Source: Synechococcales cyanobacterium S06 (GTDB lineage: Bacteria > Cyanobacteriota > Cyanobacteriia > Cyanobacteriales > JAABRE01). From it: 64,000 nucleotides of DNA. The DNA lies in contig JAABRE010000007.1 in the NCBI GenBank assembly GCA_011391125.1, positions 30,660 to 94,659 of the forward strand, given 5' to 3'. Within the stretch, counting starts at the first letter, position 1. Each line of letters starts with the position of its first letter. Shown here one piece after another: positions 35,548 through 45,100 of the stretch. Both the position numbers and the translations under genes were made by a program. The notes beneath the pieces are model-generated. The model was not told the DNA's origin. It saw only the letters and a program-made list of their open reading frames with translations, and did not search any database.

Positions 35548-36321
35548 TTAAAATAGCAGGTATTTTTGCCTAAATTCTTGCACAACATTTAACAAATTTT
35601 TGTCAAGAATTGCTTTAGTTTCTGATGCTATATATTCGGGAATACCACCGTAAAATGCTTCGGCAATTCCACCACAAAGACAGGCGATTGTGTCACTATC
35701 TCCTCCTAAAGATATGGCATTTCTGATGGCATCTTCGTAATTTTCTGACTCTAAAAATGCGATGATTGCTTGAGGAACTGAACCTTGACAAGAGACATCA
35801 AATTTATAATTAGGGCGAATTTCTGCTAAGGTTTCATTCAAATTGTAAGCAAAATTATCCTCAATAAATGTCTTAATTTCTATCTTATTTTTACCTTTTC
35901 TAGCCAGAAAAATTGCACTGGCCGTTGCTTGTGTTCCTTTAATTCCTTCGGGATGATTATGGGTAACTTCGGCACTTTTTTTCGCTTCTAATAACACCGT
36001 TTCTAACTCATCAAAAGCAAATCCTACCGCACTAACTCGCATCGCTGAACCGTTACCCCAGCTGTTATAGGGCTGCATATTATCAGATTTTCCCCAACCC
36101 TGAAAACTTGCACCATAACCGCGTTTAGGATATCTTTTATAATATTCTTTTAATTTGAGATTATAGGGTTTATTATTAATAATTGCATCGGCAATTGCAA
36201 CGGTTAAAACGGTATCATCTGTAAAATCACTATTCCTTTTAAATAAAGGAAAATCCTTGGTTTTAATATTATGCCATTCATACACTGAACCAATTATATC
36301 ACCGGCGATCGCTCCTAACAT
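35548..36321 (-). CDS. ADP-ribosylglycohydrolase family protein
   Basis: 257 aa. MLGAIAGDIIGSVYEW...FTDDTVLTVAIADAI...GNGSAMRVSAVG...THNHPEGIKG...GGDSDTIACLCGGIAEAFYG is the ARH (DraG-like) fold signature, including both metal-binding Asp clusters. Confidence 0.8.
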   Translation of the reverse strand: MLGAIAGDIIGSVYEWHNIKTKDFPLFKRNSDFTDDTVLTVAIADAIINNKPYNLKLKEYYKRYPKRGYGASFQGWGKSDNMQPYNSWGNGSAMRVSAVGFAFDELETVLLEAKKSAEVTHNHPEGIKGTQATASAIFLARKGKNKIEIKTFIEDNFAYNLNETLAEIRPNYKFDVSCQGSVPQAIIAFLESENYEDAIRNAISLGGDSDTIACLCGGIAEAFYGGIPEYIASETKAILDKNLLNVVQEFRQKYLLF

Positions 36322-36543
36322 ATTACCTCCAAATTTATCTATCCTGTCAGGTTTTTAAATTTAGCTCCTTGTCTGCACCCGAGTCAATCTTTTGGGAGTT
36401 AATTTGCTTGCAACAAGAAACCAAATGTATTCATTTTGATCAAAAAAAGATAATTATTTTTCTGCCTTATTTTTTATTAGCAATTTAAATAGTGCTATAA
36501 TTTTTTACAAAGCAATTTATTTGCTTAAATATAAAATGTTTCA

Positions 36544-36828
36544 ATGTATGAAAAAAATCCTGATCAAAAAATTATCAATTATGGCTTAATTAAAATGGAA
36601 ACTATCAATTTAGATCGCATTGTGATTAAACAGGATGTTTGTTTGGGACAACCAACCATCCGAGGTTTGAGAATTACGGTTGCTTTTGTGCTAAAGCTTT
36701 TAGCCAATCAACTGTCTGTTGCTGAAATTATCCAAGCTTATCCTGAATTAGAAGCTGAAGATATAAAACAAGCTCTTAATTATGCCGCTTGGACAGTATC
36801 AGATCAACAAATTAGCATTTCATCGTGA
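36544..36828 (+). CDS. DUF433 domain protein (antitoxin-like)
   Basis: CLGQPTIRGLRITVAFVLKLLANQLSVAEIIQAYPELEAEDIKQALNYAAW. The likely true start is ATG at 36595 (METINLDRIV). Its stop overlaps the start of the next gene (GTGA). Confidence 0.8.
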   Translation: MYEKNPDQKIINYGLIKMETINLDRIVIKQDVCLGQPTIRGLRITVAFVLKLLANQLSVAEIIQAYPELEAEDIKQALNYAAWTVSDQQISISS

Positions 36829-37199
36829 AAAATATACGTTTATTAGCTGATCTTCATATTTCTCCCAAAACTGTTGCATCTTTACAACAGCAAGGATACG
36901 ATATCAGGCGAATTTCAGAAATTTTACCGGCTAATTCTCCTGATCTTGATATTTTAGAATTAGCGCGTTCGACTAACTCCATTGTTGTTACTCAAGATTT
37001 AGATTTTTCCATGTTGGTCGCCCTTAGTGGCAAAAGTCAACCAAGCTTGATAACTTTGCGTTTATCCGAAGCTACTCCTGATCTTGTCACTCAAAAACTA
37101 TTAGCTATACTACCAAAAATAGAGGAACTTTTACAATCAGGTTCTGCTGTTACCATAAAAAATGATCTCGTTCGCATTCGCAAATTACCTATTCGGTAA
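36825..37199 (+). CDS. DUF5615 family PIN-like protein (toxin-like partner of DUF433)
   Basis: 124 aa. IRLLADLHISPKTVASLQQQGYDIRRISEIL....PDLDILELARSTNSIVVTQDLDF is the DUF5615 pattern. There is a 4-bp overlap with the upstream DUF433 gene. Confidence 0.8.
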   Translation: MKNIRLLADLHISPKTVASLQQQGYDIRRISEILPANSPDLDILELARSTNSIVVTQDLDFSMLVALSGKSQPSLITLRLSEATPDLVTQKLLAILPKIEELLQSGSAVTIKNDLVRIRKLPIR

Positions 37200-37206
37200 A
37201 GTCCGC

Positions 37207-38385
37207 TTAAATCTGGCGAATTACTGTTAGTAATTCCTCAATTTGTTGGGTTGTGTGGGTCGCCATTAACGAAAATCTAATCCTACTGGTTGGCACTGTT
37301 GGCGGCCGAATCGCTGGAGCAAAAATACCCGCTTCTTTTAATTTTTCCGACGCTATTAATGCTGTTTTTGCTGACTCTAATCCTAGGCAAATAATCGGTG
37401 ATTCTGACGGCAAATTGACCGGATTTTTCCCCTTACTAAGGGGGATAATTTTTGATAATTCCTGTTTAAAATAAGTCACGTTTTCACCTAATTTTGCCCT
37501 GCGTTGGGGTTCGGTTTCTACAATTGCGATCGCCCTCAACGCTGCTGCCGTGTCTGCGGGACTCAACGCTGTCGTATAAATCCAACTGGGCGATCGATTC
37601 CGCAAAAAGTCGATTAACGTTGCACTCCCCGCCACGTAACCTCCCAAACTCCCCAATGCTTTGCTCAATGTCCCAACTTGGATCATTTCCTCACCGCTAC
37701 AGCCGAAATGTTCCACACACCCCGCTCCCGTTTTTCCCATGACTCCCGTGGCGTGTGCTTCATCAAATAAGACCATGCAATCATATTTTTTTCCCAAGCT
37801 TAATAAATCAGGTACTTGACAAATGTCGCCGTCCATGCTGAAGACAGAATCCGTGGTTATTAAACAACGGCGATATTGATGGCGGTTTTCCTCTAACTTG
37901 GCTGCTAAATCCTTGAAATCGCAGTGTAAATATTCAATGACCGTCGCTCCGCTAAGTTTAGCGCCATTTTTCAAGCTGGAATGATTGTAAATATCCCCCA
38001 AAATCAGGTCTTTTGAGCCGACAATGGCGGCAATTGTGCCAATATTCGCTAAATAGCCCGAACTAAATACTAAGGCATCTTCGGTCTGTTTTAAACGGGC
38101 GATCGCCTGTTCAAGTTGGCTATGTAGATCACGATGACCACTCAGTAAACGTGAGCCGGTGCTTCCTGTGCCGTATTGTTCCACGGCGGCGATCGCACTT
38201 TGGATTAATCGTTCATCTCCGGCTAAACCTAAGTAGTCGTTACTAGCGAAATTAATAACAGTTTTTCCCTCTAATTCTAGGGTTGATCCGGGTAAATTTG
38301 ACACCGTTTTTTCGCTACGATACCAGTTAGCTTTATGGAGGGTTTCTAGGGATTTATTTAACCATTTATAGGGACCTTTTGTCAT
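37207..38385 (-). CDS. bioF: 8-amino-7-oxononanoate synthase
   Basis: 392 aa, alpha-oxoamine synthase family. [31 protein letters not shown] and the PLP lysine context [14 protein letters not shown] are present. Confidence 0.9.
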   Translation of the reverse strand: MTKGPYKWLNKSLETLHKANWYRSEKTVSNLPGSTLELEGKTVINFASNDYLGLAGDERLIQSAIAAVEQYGTGSTGSRLLSGHRDLHSQLEQAIARLKQTEDALVFSSGYLANIGTIAAIVGSKDLILGDIYNHSSLKNGAKLSGATVIEYLHCDFKDLAAKLEENRHQYRRCLITTDSVFSMDGDICQVPDLLSLGKKYDCMVLFDEAHATGVMGKTGAGCVEHFGCSGEEMIQVGTLSKALGSLGGYVAGSATLIDFLRNRSPSWIYTTALSPADTAAALRAIAIVETEPQRRAKLGENVTYFKQELSKIIPLSKGKNPVNLPSESPIICLGLESAKTALIASEKLKEAGIFAPAIRPPTVPTSRIRFSLMATHTTQQIEELLTVIRQI

Positions 38386-38414
38386 GGTTTTATTTTTGTT
38401 TGTTGGGTGGTTTT

Positions 38415-38458
38415 CTCACGCAAAGGCGCAAAGGCGCAAAGAAGAAGACGCAAAGGGG
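38415..38458. repeat. CTCACGCAAAG-family repeat
   Basis: ctcacgcaaaggcgcaaaggcgcaaagaagaagacgcaaagggg, lying between bioF and the downstream gene. Confidence 0.8.
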
Positions 38459-38461
38459 TTT

Positions 38462-38839
38462 TTATTCGCTGAATAGGTTATGAATTATCATGTAACTTAG
38501 TAACCAATTTGCCGCTGTTGCTCTACGAGTTTGTCTTGGTCCAAAGTCGCCTATTTTATATCCTTCAAATCCTAGTTTTTCTTTTAGTAATTGTTTGTTT
38601 TCTTTGGGTATTGAGCGGGTTAATTTAACTGTCGGAGGCCTGTTTTCGATAAAGTCAGGTGGCTCTGGATATTCGTTTTTCCACTCTTCTGATACTCTGC
38701 TATTATCCCATTTTTCCTCTTTTTTATTATATCTATACCCTAAGTAATACCAAATTATCTGATTGACGGTGCGATCGCTTATTTCTTCTCTGATTATTTT
38801 CCAAATGGTTTCTGTTGTTAATTCTGGTAATTTATCCAT
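38462..38839 (-). CDS. Small conserved protein, DUF1823-like
   Basis: 125 aa. ETIWKIIREEISDRTVNQIIWYYLGYRY......W.......EW...YPEPPDFIE.RP..VKLTRSIP resembles a cyanobacteria/plastid-lineage family. The assignment is from memory. Confidence 0.45.
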   Translation of the reverse strand: MDKLPELTTETIWKIIREEISDRTVNQIIWYYLGYRYNKKEEKWDNSRVSEEWKNEYPEPPDFIENRPPTVKLTRSIPKENKQLLKEKLGFEGYKIGDFGPRQTRRATAANWLLSYMIIHNLFSE

Positions 38840-38845
38840 TTTTAC

Positions 38846-39898
38846 TTACTTTAAAATCGCTAATTCTTTTTGGTTAATTTCTATCTTTTTATTTGTCCAT
38901 TCTAATAGCCGATTCCAAGCCCACCAAGGATCATGATCTCCCCCTTTTTCCTGACACTTTTTACTACTAAAATAGCCCACATGACCACCAAATTCGGTGA
39001 GAATTCCTGTTAAATTTGGGTTATTTTGACAAGCAGTTTCTATCTCAGGAATAAGATTCGGATCAAACATGGGATCGTCTTTAGCGTACATCAAAAAGGT
39101 GGGTTTTTTCAGAGTAGGTAAAAGCTGTAAAGCGCTACTTGCTTGATAATATTCTGGTACTGTTTTAAATCCTAATTTCTCTATTACTAAATGTTCGTCA
39201 AATCCCCAAATACTATTGGCGCGATTAATGGCTTCGGGATCAATGTCTTGGGGATGATGTTTATGTAAATCCCAAGCTAGTTCTTTTAAGCCTTTGGTGA
39301 CGGCTTTTTCTAAATATTTTCCCAAAGGATGTTGAACTAAATAGGTGAGCGAGCGCAAGGAGTCTAAACTCGGACAAATTACCCCCCCTCCGGCTATGTC
39401 GGGGTTATCTTCACCAGCCTTGATGCCCCATAAGGCCAATTGACCGCCCAATGAATAACCCGTAAACCAGTAGGGGGGAGGACATCCCAAAGCTTTAGCC
39501 TGCATGGCGATTTCGACAAAATCTTGCCCTTCGTAAAGGCCATCGGAAGTTAGTATTGGCGATAATTGCGCTGTTTTTCCGTGTGCCCTCCAATCAAAGA
39601 AAACGACGGCGTAATTATCTGCGTAAGCTTTTCTACCTAAAATTTTCAAAAACCATTGATTATCTAAGTCGCCAGTAATGCCGTAGGTCCCAATAATTGT
39701 CCCTTTAGGTTGGTATGGGGTAGCAAAAATGCCGTGAATTGGCACTTTTTGTGCGCCTACAAAGGTTGTTTCTTGGTAAGGAGGTTTTTTTAGGTTAATT
39801 GTCTTTTCCCAAGTTTTATGGGCAATTTTAGCGGTGTAAATGGTCATGGCCAAGCCATTTTTGAGCCAAAATGGGGGAGTGTAGCTTAATTCATTCAT
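38846..39898 (-). CDS. Alpha/beta hydrolase (YheT-like)
   Basis: 350 aa with the nucleophile elbow GYSLGG and C-terminal DDPMFD and GGHVGY catalytic-triad contexts. Confidence 0.75.
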   Translation of the reverse strand: MNELSYTPPFWLKNGLAMTIYTAKIAHKTWEKTINLKKPPYQETTFVGAQKVPIHGIFATPYQPKGTIIGTYGITGDLDNQWFLKILGRKAYADNYAVVFFDWRAHGKTAQLSPILTSDGLYEGQDFVEIAMQAKALGCPPPYWFTGYSLGGQLALWGIKAGEDNPDIAGGGVICPSLDSLRSLTYLVQHPLGKYLEKAVTKGLKELAWDLHKHHPQDIDPEAINRANSIWGFDEHLVIEKLGFKTVPEYYQASSALQLLPTLKKPTFLMYAKDDPMFDPNLIPEIETACQNNPNLTGILTEFGGHVGYFSSKKCQEKGGDHDPWWAWNRLLEWTNKKIEINQKELAILK

Positions 39899-40045
39899 TA
39901 TTTATTGGTTCTTGGTTATTGGTAGGGTGGGCTGTTTTTTGAATAGTCAAGCTGTAAACCTAAAATTTTCTGAAAAACTGCCCACCTTACTCTTAGTAAA
40001 TTTTGTATGATTCTAATAGTTTACAAAAATTAATACAAATAAGTT

Positions 40046-40927
40046 GTGATTACTCAATTACCGACCAGAAATTTAGAAAAGTTGACTTGGCAGTGGCAGG
40101 GCCATAACATCAATTATACGGTTATGGGTCATGGTGAACCTTTACTCCTAATTCACGGTTTTGGTGCTTCTGTGGGACATTGGCGCAAAAATATTCCTGT
40201 ATTGGCAGAAAAAGGCTATCGAGTCTATGCCCTTGATTTGCTAGGTTTTGGCGCTTCTGATAAGGCGATTTTAGACTACAGTTTGGAGGTTTGGGAGCAG
40301 CAAATTAAGGATTTTTGGCTTGCTCATATTAATCAACCTACGGTGTTTGTGGGTAATTCCATTGGTGGTTTGTTGGCTTTGATGCTAATTACAAATCACC
40401 CCGAAATCGCCAAAGGTGCAGTTTTGCTTAATTGTGCTGGTGGTTTAAATCATCGCCCTGATGAATTGAATTTACCTTTACGGTTGATTATGGGTGCTTT
40501 TACGAAGTTGGTTTCTTCACCTTTGACGGGTAAGTTTATTTTTAATAATATTCGCCAAAAATCCCGTATTCGTAATACTTTAGCTCAAGTTTATTGCGAT
40601 CGCCAAGCTATAACTGAAGAATTAGTCGAAATACTTTATCAACCTTCCTGTGATGAAGGAGCGCAGCAGGTTTTTGCGTCAGTTTTAACTGCTCCGGCTG
40701 GTCCTACTCCAGATCAATTATTAGCAAAGTTACAACATCCTCTGTTAGTTTTGTGGGGAGAAAATGACCCTTGGACACCAATTAAAGGAGCAAAAATTTA
40801 TCAAGATTTAGCCGGAAAAGGTGAAAAAGTGCAGGTTTATCCGATTAAAAATGCGGGTCATTGTCCCCATGATGAAAAACCAGAACTGGTTAATCAATTG
40901 ATTTTAAATTGGTTAGAAACGCTCTAA
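40046..40927 (+). CDS. Alpha/beta hydrolase (MhpC/BioH-like fold)
   Basis: 293 aa with a GTG start. It has the HGFG oxyanion motif (LLLIHGFGAS), the elbow GNSIGG, and the C-terminal His context NAGHCPHDEKPE. Confidence 0.8.
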   Translation: MITQLPTRNLEKLTWQWQGHNINYTVMGHGEPLLLIHGFGASVGHWRKNIPVLAEKGYRVYALDLLGFGASDKAILDYSLEVWEQQIKDFWLAHINQPTVFVGNSIGGLLALMLITNHPEIAKGAVLLNCAGGLNHRPDELNLPLRLIMGAFTKLVSSPLTGKFIFNNIRQKSRIRNTLAQVYCDRQAITEELVEILYQPSCDEGAQQVFASVLTAPAGPTPDQLLAKLQHPLLVLWGENDPWTPIKGAKIYQDLAGKGEKVQVYPIKNAGHCPHDEKPELVNQLILNWLETL

Positions 40928-40933
40928 TTTTAG

Positions 40934-40964
40934 GAGAAATCCAATTTTTTTAATCGGATTTCTC
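40934..40964. terminator. AAATCC-GGATTT hairpin between convergent genes
   Basis: A 9-bp stem (gagaaatcc / ggatttctc) with an AT-rich 13-nt loop and AT-rich flanks. It is a degenerate member of the 10018 and 56752 palindrome family. Confidence 0.5.
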
Positions 40965-41040
40965 TAAATAAATTTTATCTAGTGAAGAAGGAAAAATTGA
41001 AAGAATTAAAAAGATATTAACCTACTTCACTATCAATTCT

Positions 41041-41075
41041 CAACTATCAACTATCAACTATCAACTATTAACTAT
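41041..41075. repeat. Heptamer tandem repeat (CAACTAT x4 plus a variant)
   Basis: Read directly. The stop codon of the GGDEF gene (complement of 41061-41063) lies inside it. Confidence 0.85.
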
Positions 41076-42047
41076 GATCCGGTTTCTTCCTTGTTTTTTA
41101 GCTTGAAAAAGTGCTTGATCTGCAAGATGAATTAGATCAAAAGGAGACAAATTATGATCAGGAATAAGAGATGCAATTCCTAAACTTAAGGTAATTTCCT
41201 TGGCAATTAATGAATTTTGATGGGGAATGGCTAATTCTGAGAGTTGTTGGGCAATTTGTTGGGCAATTTGTTGCGCTCCTTCTTCGGTGGTATTTGGTAA
41301 CACAATGACGAATTCTTCTCCACCATAACGGGCGGTTAAATCAGCGGGACGTTTAACAACACAATCCATAGTTTGAGCAATTTTTTTTAAACAATCATCT
41401 CCGGCTAAATGTCCATAGGTATCATTATATAATTTAAAATAATCCACATCGATCATTATTAATGATAAGGGCAATTTTTCCCTTTTTAAACGATTCCATT
41501 CCTTTGATAAATATTCATCAAAATAACGACGATTAGCAATATTAGTTAAACCATCTAAATTGGCTAACTTTTGTAATTGTTGATTGGCCGTTTCCAGTTG
41601 TTTTTGTACTTTGATTTTTTCAGTAATTTCTTTAGCTAAAATATTTTTATGTCTATAAATAGTTAGATGAGTTTCGACGCGACATAAAACTTCTGGTAGA
41701 AAAAACGGCTTAGTAATATAATCAATTCCCCCCACTTGAAAAGCTTTAACTTTGTCAAATATATTATTTTTGGCACTAAGAAAAATAATGGGAATATTAA
41801 TTAGATCAGGATTTTTTTTAATTTGTTCACACACCTCATAACCGTCCATTTTTGGCATCATAATATCTAATAAAATTAGTTCTGGGGGATCATATTCTAC
41901 TACTTGTAAAGCTTGTTTTCCGCTTAAAACTTGGCGAACTTCATAGCCATTTTCCGTGAGCATATCCGCCAACAGATTAACATTTTCGATCCGATCATCC
42001 ACCACTAATATATCACCTTTTTTTGGCTCAGTTTTTAAGGTATTCAT
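41061..42047 (-). CDS. Response regulator with GGDEF diguanylate cyclase output (REC-GGDEF)
   Basis: 328 aa. The REC domain reads ILVVDD...LILLDIMMPKMDGYE...K. The GGDEF domain reads LDGLTNIANRRYF...MIDVDYFKLYNDTYGHLAGD...RYGGEEFVIVL. Confidence 0.9.
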   Translation of the reverse strand: MNTLKTEPKKGDILVVDDRIENVNLLADMLTENGYEVRQVLSGKQALQVVEYDPPELILLDIMMPKMDGYEVCEQIKKNPDLINIPIIFLSAKNNIFDKVKAFQVGGIDYITKPFFLPEVLCRVETHLTIYRHKNILAKEITEKIKVQKQLETANQQLQKLANLDGLTNIANRRYFDEYLSKEWNRLKREKLPLSLIMIDVDYFKLYNDTYGHLAGDDCLKKIAQTMDCVVKRPADLTARYGGEEFVIVLPNTTEEGAQQIAQQIAQQLSELAIPHQNSLIAKEITLSLGIASLIPDHNLSPFDLIHLADQALFQAKKQGRNRIIVNS

Positions 42048-42086
42048 AATTTTTTATAGCTAATTTTAAAATTAATTTAATATTGA

Positions 42087-42177
42087 TATAGCACTTCCCA
42101 AATTTATGAGGACTCTTTTTCCCCTCTCCCTTTGGGATGAGGGGGAAACATTTTGTATAAATATTGAAACTGTTATA
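42087..42177 (+). repeat. MITE-like element family A, copy 4 (degenerate, 91 bp)
   Basis: tatagcac...cccctctccctttgggatgaggggg...attgaaactgttata. Confidence 0.55.
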
Positions 42178-42199
42178 AAACCGAGAAAATAAATGTTAT

Positions 42200-45100
42200 T
42201 TATTCTGAGATTTTTGTTAAAGACATAATTTCTTCAAAATTAAGTTGTTTAACAAGTTCGGTTAATTTATTTATTATAGCCTTATTATTAACAGGAATAT
42301 CATCAATTAATTGTAAAATTTTATTGCTTCTAGCTGCTAAAGCAGCTTCATACAAGTTGTTTCGCCATTCAAAAGACATAGTTAATAAGTCTTCCTGCTC
42401 AATTTTTGCTGAACTACTAGGGGGAGTAAGCTGAGTCGAGGAATCCGAAGATTTATAAGTATAACTAAGATTAAGATAATGGGCTATTTGGGCACAAATT
42501 TCCGCTTCTTTAACCGGTTTAGAAATAAAATCATCACAACCGGCTTGAATAATTACATTTTTTTCTTGTGCTAAAGCGCTGGCCGTAACAGCAATTATTT
42601 TTACGGGATTAATAACTTGACAATTGCGCTCTTGTTGACGAATTGTTGTAATAGCCTGATAACCATCCATAACGGGCATTCTCATATCCATTAAAATTAA
42701 ATCAGGTTGCCATCTTTGCCATAAATCAAGGGCCTCTTGTCCATTAGCACATTCTTTAATCTTAAAACCGATATTTTCTAATAATTTAACCAAAAAATAA
42801 CGATTAATTTCTTGATCTTCAACTATCAGAATCCGAGGTGGTTCTTGACTGGATTGAAGGGAAATAATGGGCAGATTAATATTAGTTAATACCCTGTTAT
42901 TAGAAATAGCTAACTCCGCTATAATATTAAAAGAGAAAATACTTCCTTTAGCCAGTTCGCTACTGACAGTAATGTCTCCTCCCATTAAATTTATAAAACG
43001 TTTACTAATCGCTAATCCTAAACCACTTCCTTCGCCGGAATTTTTCCCACTTTCTGACTGGGAAAAAACCTCAAATAAATGGTCGATTTCGCTCTGGGCA
43101 ATACCCACTCCAGTATCTTCTATTTCAAAAAATAAATTAACTTGATTCTCAGTTTGTTCAAGGGTTTTAACCGTTAATTTTACTAAACCTTTTTTGGTAA
43201 ATTTAATCGCATTGCTAAGTAAATTAATCAAAATTGAACGTAACTTATTTTGATCAGTTTTTAGCCATCGTGGTAACTCATTATTATAGGTAAAAATTAG
43301 CTCTAAATTTTTGGAATTAGCTTTAATTTGTAAGATTTTTTGTAATCCTTCAAGAAGATTATCTAAATCGAAAACTTCATAATTTAGCTCAATTTTTCCC
43401 GATTCTATTCTTGCTAAGTCTAAAATCTCATTAATTAAGGATAATAAATGTTCGCCAGCACCATTAATAATTTGTAAATATTCTTGATGTTCTGGACTTA
43501 ATTGTTCCGAACGAGCCATGAGTTGACTAAATCCAAGGATGGCATTAAGGGGAGTGCGCAATTCATGGCTCATATTCGCTAAAAATTGACTCTTGGCAAA
43601 ATTAGCTTCGTCGGCTGCTTGTTTCGCTTTTTGCAAGGTTATTTCTGTTTCTTTGCGATGATGAATATCATCTAAAACGCTAATAAAATATAAGGGTTTA
43701 TTGTCAGCATCTCTTACTAAGGTAACACTGATATTTCCCCATTTAATCTCTCCTTTAGCTGTGAGATATCGTTTTTCAAAGCTAAAAAAATTAGCTTTTC
43801 CTTCCAACAGATTTTGCATATTTTTTAGACTGATGGCTAGATCATCTGGATAAGTAATTTCGGGAATATTGAGGTGAAACATTTGTGAAGACGTGTAACC
43901 AAAAAACTTCGTAAATGCTTCATTAAAATCAATAAAATTTCCATTAATATTGAGTAAAGCGATGCCCACTGATGCTTGAGAAAAAATACTTCTAAAACGA
44001 GCTTCACTTTCTTTTAAAGCAGCTTCTGCTTCTTTTCTTTCGGTTATATCCTGTCCTAAACCTTGAAATTCAATCAGGTTATTATTATGATCAAAAATGG
44101 CTCTATTAGTCCATTCTTGCCAACGAATTTGACCATTAATTATTACCTTTTCTTCATTAATTAAAATGGGATTATCTGGAGTAAGTTTCTCTAATTTGGC
44201 TAAAAATTGTCTTTGTTTTTTTTGTTCTGATAAAGGTAATAAACTAAACCAATTTTTACCAATTAATTGCCTTTGTTCTTTATTAAAATAACGACAATAG
44301 GCGTTATTAACAAAAGTAAGTCTTCCATCGGATAAAAAACGACAAATTAATTCGGTTTGATCTTCAACGATGGCACGATAATGATTTTCGCTTTCTTCCA
44401 GGAATTTTTTGGCCTCTTGACGACTCAAATAACTATAAATCATTTCTCCTACTATTCTTAACATTTGAGCGTCAATTTCTGCTTGTTCATAAGATAATTG
44501 TTTCTGATTATTCATCAGATCAAAACTGATAAAACCCCATAAATGACCATGACTAGAAAAAATTGGAACACAAATAACTGCCTTAATTTTTTCCTTGATA
44601 AAAAATAGTTTTTCCTGTTCCGCTTCGGGAGGAAAATCATTAAGATTGAGGATAATAATATGGTGATCACTTGTTAACTGATTAATCCACCATGAATGAG
44701 ATTTTGTCGAAATACCTTGAAATTGTTCCTTAATTGAGGTTATATCTTGATTACACCATTCTTGAAAAATACTAAATTTTGTTTCGTTATCATGGAGACA
44801 ATGAATAGAAACACGACTAGCTTGAAAATTATAACCAATAATACCTAAAATTGGCAATAAATTGAGATTATTTTGAATGGCTAATTCTTGGGAAATAAAG
44901 GCTAAAATTGTTTGAATTTGCAGACGATAAGTTAATTCTTGTTCCGCTTTTTTTCTCTCATTAATATCCTCAATTATGGCCACACAATAATCAGGTTCAC
45001 CTTGATAATTACTAACTAAAGATACCGTAGCATTAACCCATTGTATGGTTTGATCGGGCTTAATATATCGTTTTTCTACAGAATAATTATTAATTTTACC

